A DNA stretch of 56,726 nt from a virus (Duplodnaviria > Caudoviricetes). The notes beneath the pieces were generated by a model. It was not told the DNA's origin. It saw only the letters and a list, made by a program, of their open reading frames with translations, and did not search any database. Shown piece by piece: positions 35,573 to 44,541 of the stretch. Positions within the stretch are counted from its first letter, which is position 1. Every line of letters starts with the position of its first letter. Position numbers and translations under genes: made by a program. The stretch is taken from IMG/VR virus record IMGVR_UViG_3300032333_000153, positions 1-56,726 of that record. The stretch is one strand, 5' to 3'.

Positions 35573-38500
35573 ATGGCCGGTGAGAAGCTGATCCGCGAGG
35601 CGATTGAGGCGGCCCGTGCGGCTATGGCGAGAGGCGCGCTTCCTCCCGCCGAGAACTCCCGGCTGACCCAGATCGCGACGACCGGGCCGTCCTACGACAA
35701 GGCGCTCCGTCATCTGGAGCGTGCGGGCATTGAGGGCCGGGCCATCGACTACGGTGCGGGGCGAGGCCACGGCCTGCGCAGCATCGGGGCCGACACGTTC
35801 GAGCCCTACCCGCAGGGCTGGACGCCGACGTTCACCAAGCCCGAAGACATCCCCGACGACGTGTATCGTCGCCTCGTGAACTTGAACGTGCTCAACGTGC
35901 TGGACCCGGAGGCGCGCCAGTCGGCGGTGCTGAACATGGGCCGCGTCGTGGAGCCGGGCGGTGGTGGCGTGATCTCGACGCGCGGTCGCGACGTGATGGC
36001 TGCGAGGGGTGAGCCGGGGCCTGAGCCCATGTCGCTCATCATCGGCGAGGGCGACAGCGCCCGCTACCAGAAGGGCTTCACGCCGCGTGAGCTGCGCGAG
36101 TACGTGGGCGACACGCTCGGCCCCCGCTTCGACGTTGAACCCTCCGACGTGGGCGCGGCGTCGATCATGTTCCGGCGCAATCGTGAGGATGGCGGCGCAG
36201 TCGATTTTAACGACACGCCCAACTACGCGCTCGACAACGATGCTGCTTTCTTCGACATGAGCCGCGTGTTCCCTCCGGCTCCGGGTCAAAAGCTTACCAA
36301 TCGCGCGGAGAACATCCCGCTCACCAGATCGTTCGGACCGGCGCAGCCGGAAGCGGTTGACCGGGCGCTTGACGTAGTTCGCTCCGAGCCTCGCCCGATG
36401 GACATCCGGGTGTCGCGCCAAGCGCCTCCGCCCCCGCGCCCTGTCCCGCGTCCTGCGCCTGTGCGTGCCCTGGCTGCGCCCGACACGTCCGAGTCGCGGC
36501 GGCTCTGGGAGATCTACAACGAGACCGGCAACCCGGCAGACTTCGTTCGCGCCAGCAACGCCATGCGCGCGGGGCGTGCGGAAGGCGGTCGCCTCCTCGA
36601 AGACCAGTACCCCACGCAGTACCTGCCAAACGTCGGGCGTCAGGTGATGGCGGATGGTGGCGAGACGGCCCAGTCCCGTCGCCGTGCGACGCTGGAACAG
36701 CTTGGCTCGTTTGAGGATCGCCCGGTCATGGACCCGGCGACCATGGGCGAGAACTGGGCCAACGCCGTGCGCCGGTTCCGTGAGAACCCGGTGCGCCCCG
36801 GCGAGGCCACTGTGCGCCCGCTGGAGCTTGGTGGTCGTGACGTGCTTGGCGGTGCGATTGCCGGGGATGGCGGCATCGTGCGTAGCCGGATCGCGGACAT
36901 CGTGGCTGGATCTCGCGGCCTGCCGGGCAGCGGGACACTGGGCTTTGGTCTCGCTGATTTCACGCCGGCTGGTGTCCCGCTGGCGGTCTCTGACTTCTCG
37001 GACGCCGTTCGCAACGAGGATTATCTGTCCGCCGGCCTGACTGCTGCTCTGCCGGCTGCGTACTTCGCCCGCAAGCCCATCATGGCGGCTGGCCGGGCGG
37101 TGTACGACGCCGGCGCGAGGGCTGTAGACACGGCCCGCGACGTGCTGGGCCGCGTTCCTGCGCCCGTGGCGGCTGGTGGAGCTGGTGCCGCCGTCATGAC
37201 GCCGGAGGAGGCGGAGGCGGGCAAGGCGGACATAGTGCGCCGTGGTCTTGAAGCCGTAACGCGGACTAACCCTCCGCCGCTTCCAAGATCCATGACGCTG
37301 GACGAGGTGCGCCGCACGTTTGATCCGCAGGCCGGCGTTGGCATGAGCCCCAGAGAGATCGACCTGCTAACGGATGCGTATAGCAAGGTTGCGTCTCCCG
37401 CGATGATGGATCCAGAGCTGGCTCAGCGAGGCCAAGAGATTGCGCAGGGGTACATCACCAAGCGCGGATCTGGGTATGGCGGTCGCAGCTTTTTCAATCA
37501 AAAGCCGTCTGTCCCCCTTGAGGAACTCGGTCGCGCCACGACTAGCATCCCGGTCTCTTCAGAGTTGAGGCCAATCGTGGAGAAGTCGTGGCAGGAGGTT
37601 GCTCGAGAGCGTCAGGGTAGCCCGGTCATCACTCTTGGCGGAGATCTTTCGGATTGGAACCGAATTGTGGGTTACGGCCCTCGAGACAACCTCTACGCCC
37701 TGTCGCGGCCTTCGGACATTCACGCTGGGTTCGATTACATGCGCGAGCCCAATCCTTATACAGTCTGGGCCAACAATCTTGAACACGCAGCCGTGCTGGA
37801 CAAAAAAGTCCAGCAGCAAAAAGACATTTTGCGTGCAGTGGATAAAGATTTGCCGATCATGGCGACTGCTGCCCCGATGGGTCCGCAGTCCATCGACAGC
37901 GCAAAAAACATGATGGATATGCTTCTGTCGGCGATTGAGGGGCGCGGGATACACCCTGAATACCTCAAGGATGCGACGGCATATTTGAAATCTGGCGCAT
38001 TTGGAAACACCCCAAAAGCGAAAGAAGCCTACAAAAAGAAAATGGAGGGATTCCCCGGTTTTGAGAAACCCGAGGAGGCCCGTCAGTTTCTTTTGAACAA
38101 CCCTGAAATCGCGGGGACGGTTCGTGGCGATATTGTAAAGGGTCTTGAGCGTAAAGACTGGGTCAAGAAGGGATTTCCTGAGATTGGACAGCTTCGCTAC
38201 GCTGCGTCATCGCCACAGTTTGGGCTTGCTGCGGGCAATTTGATGGGTGGCAGAATGGTCGAAATCGACCCCGCTTTGTTCGGGCGAGCGATGAAAGACA
38301 AGATGTTCAGCCATATGACCTACCCCGGCGACACGTTTGGAAGGTATTACGCCGACGTTCCGCTGGTTCATCGCCAGTACGGCGCTCCGGACGCCATGGA
38401 CGAACTCATGGTGAAGTACAATCAGTGGCGACCGGGCGCGAAGAAAAGCGATCCGCCGAAGCCCCCGATCACGGTGCATCCGTTCTCTCTACAGCAGAGT

Positions 38501-38698
38501 GGACGCGATACGGTTCGCAAGATGTTTGAAGAGCAACGCATGGTTCAGCGGATAAATGAGCGCATGCTTGAAAGCATTGAGCGCGGCGAACAACGCCGTC
38601 CTCTTTATGGTTTCAAGGATGGGGGCAATGTTGCGAACCATGCTATAAATCTCGCCCGTGAAATCAACTCGTCGCCGCGCGAGGAAACTGTCCCTTAA
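35573..38698 (+). CDS. Modular putative internal virion protein with N-terminal class I SAM-dependent methyltransferase domain
   Basis: IDYGAGRG, FEPY, NLNVLNVL, YQKGFT..EL; modules delimited by REDGG, RAEGG, MADGG and FKDGG. Confidence 0.65.
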   Translation: MAGEKLIREAIEAARAAMARGALPPAENSRLTQIATTGPSYDKALRHLERAGIEGRAIDYGAGRGHGLRSIGADTFEPYPQGWTPTFTKPEDIPDDVYRRLVNLNVLNVLDPEARQSAVLNMGRVVEPGGGGVISTRGRDVMAARGEPGPEPMSLIIGEGDSARYQKGFTPRELREYVGDTLGPRFDVEPSDVGAASIMFRRNREDGGAVDFNDTPNYALDNDAAFFDMSRVFPPAPGQKLTNRAENIPLTRSFGPAQPEAVDRALDVVRSEPRPMDIRVSRQAPPPPRPVPRPAPVRALAAPDTSESRRLWEIYNETGNPADFVRASNAMRAGRAEGGRLLEDQYPTQYLPNVGRQVMADGGETAQSRRRATLEQLGSFEDRPVMDPATMGENWANAVRRFRENPVRPGEATVRPLELGGRDVLGGAIAGDGGIVRSRIADIVAGSRGLPGSGTLGFGLADFTPAGVPLAVSDFSDAVRNEDYLSAGLTAALPAAYFARKPIMAAGRAVYDAGARAVDTARDVLGRVPAPVAAGGAGAAVMTPEEAEAGKADIVRRGLEAVTRTNPPPLPRSMTLDEVRRTFDPQAGVGMSPREIDLLTDAYSKVASPAMMDPELAQRGQEIAQGYITKRGSGYGGRSFFNQKPSVPLEELGRATTSIPVSSELRPIVEKSWQEVARERQGSPVITLGGDLSDWNRIVGYGPRDNLYALSRPSDIHAGFDYMREPNPYTVWANNLEHAAVLDKKVQQQKDILRAVDKDLPIMATAAPMGPQSIDSAKNMMDMLLSAIEGRGIHPEYLKDATAYLKSGAFGNTPKAKEAYKKKMEGFPGFEKPEEARQFLLNNPEIAGTVRGDIVKGLERKDWVKKGFPEIGQLRYAASSPQFGLAAGNLMGGRMVEIDPALFGRAMKDKMFSHMTYPGDTFGRYYADVPLVHRQYGAPDAMDELMVKYNQWRPGAKKSDPPKPPITVHPFSLQQSGRDTVRKMFEEQRMVQRINERMLESIERGEQRRPLYGFKDGGNVANHAINLAREINSSPREETVP

Positions 38699-38742
38699 CC
38701 AAGCGGCACGGGGGACGCCCCGTCAACTCCGGAGTGACGTGC

Positions 38743-40107
38743 ATGTCTGACATGGCAAAGAAGGCCCGCGAGGCAATGAAGGGCAAGGCCCGAAAGCTCG
38801 CCGCTGAGAAGGATCAGAAGGTCGATAGCTCTGACTGGTCGCCCGCCGAGCCGCTGAACGCGGAAGTGAAGACGGGCATGCGCCCGATCTCGCGCCGGGC
38901 GTACAAGTCTGGCGGCAAGGTCGAGGGCGCGAGCGCCCCGAAGAACCTTGGTCGCACCCAGCGTAAGGCTGGCGGCAAGGCCGAAGAGAAGTCCGAGGCG
39001 GCAGAGTACGCCAAGGCGAAGATCAACCGCGACGCCAAGGCGGCCAATCAGGAGCGCGAGGGCATCAAGCACATTGGTGGCCTGAAGTCTGGCGGGCGGG
39101 CCAAGAAGCAGAACGGCGGCGAAAACAGCGCCCCGGCCTCCGGCATTCGTGGCCGCATTCGCGACATGCTGAAGAAGGTCCACCCCGGCGATGCGGCGGT
39201 CCAGCGCGAGCAGCTTCGCGATGTTGGCAGCAGCCAGACCAGCAACATCCCCGCCGAGGATCGGGCTCGCATGGAGCGGATGGCCGGCGAGTCCGGCATG
39301 AAGAAGGGCGGTCGCGCCAAGCGCAAGGATGGCGGCAAGATCGCCACGACCCTCGCCGGGCAGGAGAAGATCCAGAAGGAGCAGGCGGCTGCCTCCAAGC
39401 CGACGCGCGGAAAGGCCCAGCACTACAAGAAGGGCGGTCGCGCTGAGAAGATGGTGGGCGGCCCGATGATGGATCCGCGCATGAGCATGGTGAAGCCGAA
39501 AGCCATGGACTTTGCTGGCGCTCAGGGCACGCCCTACAAGAAGGGTGGCCGCACCAAGAAGCTCGGCGGCGGCGCTCTCATGGGCGGCGTCCTCCCTGCC
39601 ATGGCCATGGGCGAGATGGGCGGCAAGGACAAGGACGAGGGCCGCGAGGCTCGCAAGTCCGGCGGCCGCACGAAGGCCAAGGGCAAGACCAACATCAACA
39701 TCGTCATTGGCGCTGCCAAGCCGGCAATGCCTGACGCCATGGGTGCTGGCGCTCCCCCGATGCCTCCTCCGGGCGTGCCGGTTCCGCTTCCGGGTGGCGC
39801 TCCGGGTGGTGCTCCGCCTCCGATGCCCATGCCGATGCCGATGCCGGCCCCCTCGGCCCCTCCGGGCATGCCCAGCCCGATGGGTCGCAAGACCGGCGGT
39901 CGCACTGTCGCCAAGTCCTACAAGGACATGACGGCGGGCGCTGGGTCTGGCGAGGGCCGCCTCCAGAAGACCGAGATTGCCGAAGGCAAGCGCGAGGCGC
40001 GCAAGGCCGGCGGAAAAGTTTACCGCTCCTACAAGGACATGGATGCGGGCGCAGGATCAGGGCTTGGGCGCTTGGAAAAGACGGAAATCGAAGCGCGTAA
40101 GAACTGA
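38743..40107 (+). CDS. Lys/Gly-rich basic protein with about 13 xxxGG repeats (putative internal head protein)
   Basis: YKSGG, RKAGG, LKSGG, MKKGG, RKDGG, YKKGG x2, RKSGG, RKTGG and others; duplicated SYKDM.AGAGSG.GRL.K tail. Confidence 0.7.
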   Translation: MSDMAKKAREAMKGKARKLAAEKDQKVDSSDWSPAEPLNAEVKTGMRPISRRAYKSGGKVEGASAPKNLGRTQRKAGGKAEEKSEAAEYAKAKINRDAKAANQEREGIKHIGGLKSGGRAKKQNGGENSAPASGIRGRIRDMLKKVHPGDAAVQREQLRDVGSSQTSNIPAEDRARMERMAGESGMKKGGRAKRKDGGKIATTLAGQEKIQKEQAAASKPTRGKAQHYKKGGRAEKMVGGPMMDPRMSMVKPKAMDFAGAQGTPYKKGGRTKKLGGGALMGGVLPAMAMGEMGGKDKDEGREARKSGGRTKAKGKTNINIVIGAAKPAMPDAMGAGAPPMPPPGVPVPLPGGAPGGAPPPMPMPMPMPAPSAPPGMPSPMGRKTGGRTVAKSYKDMTAGAGSGEGRLQKTEIAEGKREARKAGGKVYRSYKDMDAGAGSGLGRLEKTEIEARKN

Positions 40108-40111
40108 TGAA

Positions 40112-40152
40112 AAGGGGCGGCTGGTTCGGTACTTAGCCGCCCCTTAACTTTT
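40112..40152 (+). terminator. Intrinsic terminator-like hairpin
   Basis: AAGGGGCGGCT...AGCCGCCCCTT-AACTTTT. Confidence 0.7.
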
Positions 40153-40166
40153 GAAGGGGATCCGCT

Positions 40167-40385
40167 ATGGCGCAGACGTTCAGCGCGTACTTCGCGCATG
40201 AATTGCAAAAAATCATCGAACAAGAGATCAAAGAGAGGACAGAAAGTCTCGGAACGGGCATGGGAGTGGTTGATTTTGTCGATTACAAGCACAAAGTTGG
40301 GGTCATTACTGGCCTCCGTCTAGTAAAGGACGAACTTTTCAGCTTGGCTGAAGAAAGCTGCAACCGAAAAGAGTTCGGTCGGTAG
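40167..40385 (+). CDS. Small conserved head-region protein
   Basis: DF.DYKH.VG.I.GL, upstream of groES. Confidence 0.6.
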   Translation: MAQTFSAYFAHELQKIIEQEIKERTESLGTGMGVVDFVDYKHKVGVITGLRLVKDELFSLAEESCNRKEFGR

Positions 40386-40402
40386 CAATAAAGGGAGACA
40401 AA

Positions 40403-40795
40403 ATGTCTAACATCGCGATGTTGCACGAGAAGGATCCAAAGGAAGTCCTTCTGGAGCAGGTTGGGGACATCTCCAAGATTGAAGTCTTCAACATGCAGGT
40501 GCTTGTGGCGGTCTACATCCGCCCCGAGAAGACCAAGAGCGGCCTCTTTCTGTCCGATAAGGCTCGTGACGAGGACCGTTACCAGTCAAAAGTGGGCCTC
40601 ATCATCAAAAAGGGGCCGACTGCGTTCGTCGATAAGGACGGGGAATGGTTCTCCGGCCTCGACATCAAGGAAGGCGACTGGATTGTGTTCCGCCCGTCTG
40701 ACGGTTGGAACGTCACGGTGAACGGCACGCTCTGCCGGATGCTCGATGACATGTCCGTGCGCGCTCGTATTGAGCACCCCGATCAGGTTTGGTGA
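40403..40795 (+). CDS. groES: GroES/Cpn10-like co-chaperonin
   Basis: VLV...PEKTKSGLFL mobile loop, VGLIIKKGP, KEGDWIVF, RMLDD. Confidence 0.82.
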   Translation: MSNIAMLHEKDPKEVLLEQVGDISKIEVFNMQVLVAVYIRPEKTKSGLFLSDKARDEDRYQSKVGLIIKKGPTAFVDKDGEWFSGLDIKEGDWIVFRPSDGWNVTVNGTLCRMLDDMSVRARIEHPDQVW

Positions 40796-40802
40796 GGAAA
40801 AC

Positions 40803-41690
40803 ATGTCCAACAACGACGAAAAGCTCGAAGTTGAGATTGAAGACAGCGTCCCCGAGGTCGAAAAGACCGAAAAAGAGGTCGAAGTCGAGGCAAAACAGGA
40901 ACTTGAGCCCGATGATGGGATCAAAGACCTCAAAATGCGCCTCGAACAGGAGCGAATGGCCCGTGCGGAGGCCGAAAAGCAGGCTCAGGCGGCCCGTGAG
41001 CAGGCTTATTACGCCAGCAACGAGGTGCATGACACCAATTTGCAGCTCGTAAAGAACGCTATCGAAACTGTGAAGGGCAATAACGAGGTTCTGAAGCGCG
41101 CTTATAGCGAGGCGCTGTCTGTTGGCGACTACAGCAAAACCGCCGAGATCCAAGAGGCGCTTTCGCTCAATGCTGCGCGCCTCATGGAGCTGGAGAGGGG
41201 CCGCTCGGCCATGGAGCAGGCTCCCAAGCCGCAGCGTCCAGAGCCGGTCAACCCCGTCGAGGCGCTGGCAAACCAGCTTTCGCCTCGTTCGGCTGATTGG
41301 ATCCGCAAGAACCCTCAGTGCGTCACCGATCAGCGCATGTACCAGAAGATGGTGGCGGCTCACAATCTGGCCCTCGCGGACGGAATGCAGCCGGACACCG
41401 ACGACTACTTCGGCTTCATCGAAGATACGCTGAAGATCAATCGTCGTGCGCCCGCTGCCAAGCAGGAGGTCGAGGCCGATGACGACGCCTCGTCGTCTGC
41501 CGCCAAGGTGGTTCAGCGCCGCTCGGCTCCGCCGGCTGCGCCCGTCACTCGGGCAGGCAACGCCAGCGGCCAGCGCCCCGGAACGGTGCGCCTGACCCGC
41601 ATGGAGGCGGAGACGGCCCGCGATCTCGGCATGACTGAAGAAGAATACGCCCGCAACAAGATGCTGCTTCAGAAGGAAGGGCGTCTCTAA
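40803..41690 (+). CDS. Capsid scaffolding-like protein
   Basis: Acidic N-terminus, coiled coil, C-terminal VRLT..E...ARDLGMTEEEYAR. Confidence 0.7.
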   Translation: MSNNDEKLEVEIEDSVPEVEKTEKEVEVEAKQELEPDDGIKDLKMRLEQERMARAEAEKQAQAAREQAYYASNEVHDTNLQLVKNAIETVKGNNEVLKRAYSEALSVGDYSKTAEIQEALSLNAARLMELERGRSAMEQAPKPQRPEPVNPVEALANQLSPRSADWIRKNPQCVTDQRMYQKMVAAHNLALADGMQPDTDDYFGFIEDTLKINRRAPAAKQEVEADDDASSSAAKVVQRRSAPPAAPVTRAGNASGQRPGTVRLTRMEAETARDLGMTEEEYARNKMLLQKEGRL

Positions 41691-41705
41691 GGCTTGGAGA
41701 TTACA

Positions 41706-42266
41706 ATGGCTCGCGTTAGCAAGTTTCAGGAAGCGGCGGCCTCCGCCGATGCAGCTCCGGAGCGCCCGCCGCTCCGCACCAGCCCCAAGGCGGAGGATCC
41801 GCGCGAGCGCGCCAGAAAGCGCGCTGAGGAGATCCGCGAGCATCTTGGCGGCCTCGATGAGGGCACGGACGAGTTCTACATCCCGGCCAGCATTGTGCCG
41901 GATGGTTGGACCTATGAGTGGAAGCGCTACACGATCTTCAATCAGGAGGATCCTGCTTACACCGTCCAGTTGAGGCGCGAGGGCTGGGATCCTGTCCCGG
42001 TTGATCGCTGCGCTCGCCACCGGGCAATGATGCCCGAGAATTGGTCCAAGGGCACGATTGAGCGCAAGGGGATGGTGCTGATGGAGCGCCCGTCCGAGAT
42101 CTCGGCGGAAGTTCGCCGCATGGATCTTCTGCGCGCCCGCCAGCAAGTTCGGGTGAAGGAGCAGCAGCTTGCCGCCACTCCGGACGGGACGATGACCCGC
42201 GATGACTCGCGGGTGGCCCCGAAGATCAGCAAGTCCTTCGAGGCGATCCCAATCCCCAAGGACTGA
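41706..42266 (+). CDS. Conserved head-region protein
   Basis: PDGWTYEWKR, EGWDPV, G.VLMERP. Confidence 0.65.
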   Translation: MARVSKFQEAAASADAAPERPPLRTSPKAEDPRERARKRAEEIREHLGGLDEGTDEFYIPASIVPDGWTYEWKRYTIFNQEDPAYTVQLRREGWDPVPVDRCARHRAMMPENWSKGTIERKGMVLMERPSEISAEVRRMDLLRARQQVRVKEQQLAATPDGTMTRDDSRVAPKISKSFEAIPIPKD

Positions 42267-42281
42267 TTGGTGACAGCAAGT

Positions 42282-42310
42282 AGAGCCGCCTCCGGGCGGC
42301 TCTTTACTTT
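42282..42310 (+). terminator. Intrinsic terminator
   Basis: AGAGCCGCC-tccg-GGCGGCTCT-TTACTTT. Confidence 0.8.
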
Positions 42311-42452
42311 CCGGTAACGAAGAGTATTATGCTCAGTCTTATGGGCGCTTTGCGCTCATGTCTCCCCCCGGCGTGGGAGAAAAGCCTGTCCTTGCTTCCC
42401 TAGCCTCCCCGGTGCGAGGTGACGGAGCTTCCCGTAAGAAGGAGGAACCGTC

Positions 42453-43046
42453 ATGGCGAATACCAATGCGCCCTTCGGTTTCCAGCAGTATAGCGGTACT
42501 GGCTCTGCCCCGACCTACGAGCAGGTCGCGGTAGTCATTGCCTATGACTCCCCTGCGATTTACAACGGCGACCCCGTTGAGAACGACGCCAACGGCCTCG
42601 TCATCCGCCCTCTGGACAACACGGTTCCGGCCTCCGGCATCGCTGGCGTGTTCGTGGGTTGCAAATACCTCTCGGTCTCGCAGAAGCGTACCGTGTGGTC
42701 GAACTATTGGCCCGGTCCGGGCGACGTTGCCTCCACCCAGACGGTTGAGGGCTACATCATCAACGACCCGAACGCGAAGTTCGTGGTTCAGACCGGCGCT
42801 ACTGGCGCGACCCAGACCACGGTGAACCTGAACGTCACGTTCGTTCTCGGCGCTGGCAACGCGGCGAATGGCCTCTCCACGGCCACTGTCGATGTCGCTA
42901 CCGCCGCCGTTACGGCGACGTTCCCCTTCCGCGTGATTGGTCTTGTTGAGAATCCGCCGGGCGCTCCGGGCACGGAGGCTGGCGCTTACAATCGCGTGAT
43001 TGTGGCGTTCAACAACGTGGCCACCAAGTCCCTGACGGGCATCTAA
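42453..43046 (+). CDS. Capsid decoration/cement protein
   Basis: MANTNAPFG, IYNGDPV, GVFVGC.Y, DPN..F.VQ; directly upstream of the MCP. Confidence 0.65.
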   Translation: MANTNAPFGFQQYSGTGSAPTYEQVAVVIAYDSPAIYNGDPVENDANGLVIRPLDNTVPASGIAGVFVGCKYLSVSQKRTVWSNYWPGPGDVASTQTVEGYIINDPNAKFVVQTGATGATQTTVNLNVTFVLGAGNAANGLSTATVDVATAAVTATFPFRVIGLVENPPGAPGTEAGAYNRVIVAFNNVATKSLTGI

Positions 43047-43061
43047 GAGGAGTAAGGACCA

Positions 43062-43967
43062 ATGGCTGTCAATCTTTCGGCTATTAAAGACCTTCTCCTC
43101 CCCGGCCTCCGTGGAATTGAAGGCAAGTACGAGCAGATCCCGTCGCAGTACGACAAGATCTTCACGAAGCACAACTCGAAGATGGCTCTGGAGCGCACCG
43201 CTGAGATGCGTTTCCTCGGCTACGCTCAGTTGAAGACGGAAGGCGGTCAGACGGCGTTCGATAACAACGCCGGCGAGCGCTACGTCTACAACCAAGAGCA
43301 CGTCGAGATCGGCCTTGGCTACGCGATCACTCGCAAGGCCATCGACGACAACCTCTACAAGAGCCAGTTTGCTCCGTCGAACCTCGGCCTGATCGAGTCT
43401 TTCGCTCAGACCAAGGAAATCTACGGCGCGAACGTGCTGAACACCGCGACGAGCTATAATGCGTCGGTCGGCGGTGACGGCGTCGCTCTTGTGTCGGGTT
43501 CTCACCCGATTGATGGCGGCACGATTTCCAACTACGCCACCAACGATCTTAACGAAGCCACGCTGCTGAATGGCATGATCGCCATCCGCACGAACTTCAG
43601 AGATCAGGCTGGCCTGAAGGTCTTCGCGCGTGGTCGTCGTCTGATCGTCCCGCCGCAGCTCGAGCCGGTTGCGATCCGTCTGACGAAGACGGAACTGCGT
43701 CCCGGCACTGCCGACAACGATGTGAACGCTATCATGATGACTTCGGGCGGCCTGCCCGAGGGCTACATGGTCAACGATTACCTCACGTCGGCTCGTGCGT
43801 GGTTCCTGCTGACCAACATCGACGGCCTCTCCTACATGGAGCGCGTCGGCTTCGAGACCGATATGCAGGTCGATTTCGTAACAGACAACCTTCTCGTGAA
43901 GGGTTACGAGCGTTACAGCTTCGGTTACTACAACTGGCGTTCGATCTGGGGCTCGCTCCCGACCTGA
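43062..43967 (+). CDS. Major capsid protein (HK97 fold)
   Basis: LLPGL, K.EG....D, LGYAIT, LIVPPQL, YLTS..AWFL, ERYSFG..WR; strong codon bias. Confidence 0.9.
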   Translation: MAVNLSAIKDLLLPGLRGIEGKYEQIPSQYDKIFTKHNSKMALERTAEMRFLGYAQLKTEGGQTAFDNNAGERYVYNQEHVEIGLGYAITRKAIDDNLYKSQFAPSNLGLIESFAQTKEIYGANVLNTATSYNASVGGDGVALVSGSHPIDGGTISNYATNDLNEATLLNGMIAIRTNFRDQAGLKVFARGRRLIVPPQLEPVAIRLTKTELRPGTADNDVNAIMMTSGGLPEGYMVNDYLTSARAWFLLTNIDGLSYMERVGFETDMQVDFVTDNLLVKGYERYSFGYYNWRSIWGSLPT

Positions 43968-43974
43968 TGCTACG

Positions 43975-44001
43975 AGGCGGGGCAAAAGCCCCGCCTTTTT
44001 C
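43975..44001 (+). terminator. Intrinsic terminator after the MCP gene
   Basis: AGGCGGGGC-aaaa-GCCCCGCCT-TTTT. Confidence 0.88.
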
Positions 44002-44076
44002 TAGGCGTTTGATCGCGTTGACCGGCCTAGCGGACGCTGCACAGACAACGCGATTTATCTCGTGCAGGAGGTAAGA

Positions 44077-44529
44077 ATGGGTTCCACTACTTTCACCGGG
44101 CCGATCAAGGCTGGTGACGTTCTTGACACGACCGGCACCACGCCGGGCACCATCCGGAACGTCGGCTTTGTCGCCATGGCGCAGACTGCGCCGATCACGC
44201 AGGCTGGCTCCGCTACGGCGTATGCCACGCCCATCGTCATTCCGGCCTACAGCCACATCCTCAACATCCAGTTTCTGACGACGACTGGCTGGGATGGTGC
44301 TGCTTCCACGATCAGCGTCGGCACAAGCGCCACCTCGAATGAGCTTGTTGTCGGGCAGAGCCTTGCCACCATCGGTCAGGCGTCGGCTGGTCCGGGCACT
44401 AGCGCAACTCGCACGGCGCTGTGGTCCAACGTCGGCGCGACCGATGTCGTCATTTACGTCCTGTCGGCAAACACTGGCGCTGGTGTTGGCGATCTGGTTG
44501 TTCGCTATCTTCAGGCTGAGAACGCCTAA
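44077..44529 (+). CDS. Virion structural protein (head spike/decoration-like)
   Basis: MGSTTFTGPIKAG, beta-rich. Confidence 0.6.
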   Translation: MGSTTFTGPIKAGDVLDTTGTTPGTIRNVGFVAMAQTAPITQAGSATAYATPIVIPAYSHILNIQFLTTTGWDGAASTISVGTSATSNELVVGQSLATIGQASAGPGTSATRTALWSNVGATDVVIYVLSANTGAGVGDLVVRYLQAENA

Positions 44530-44541
44530 TAGGAGGCTTCC

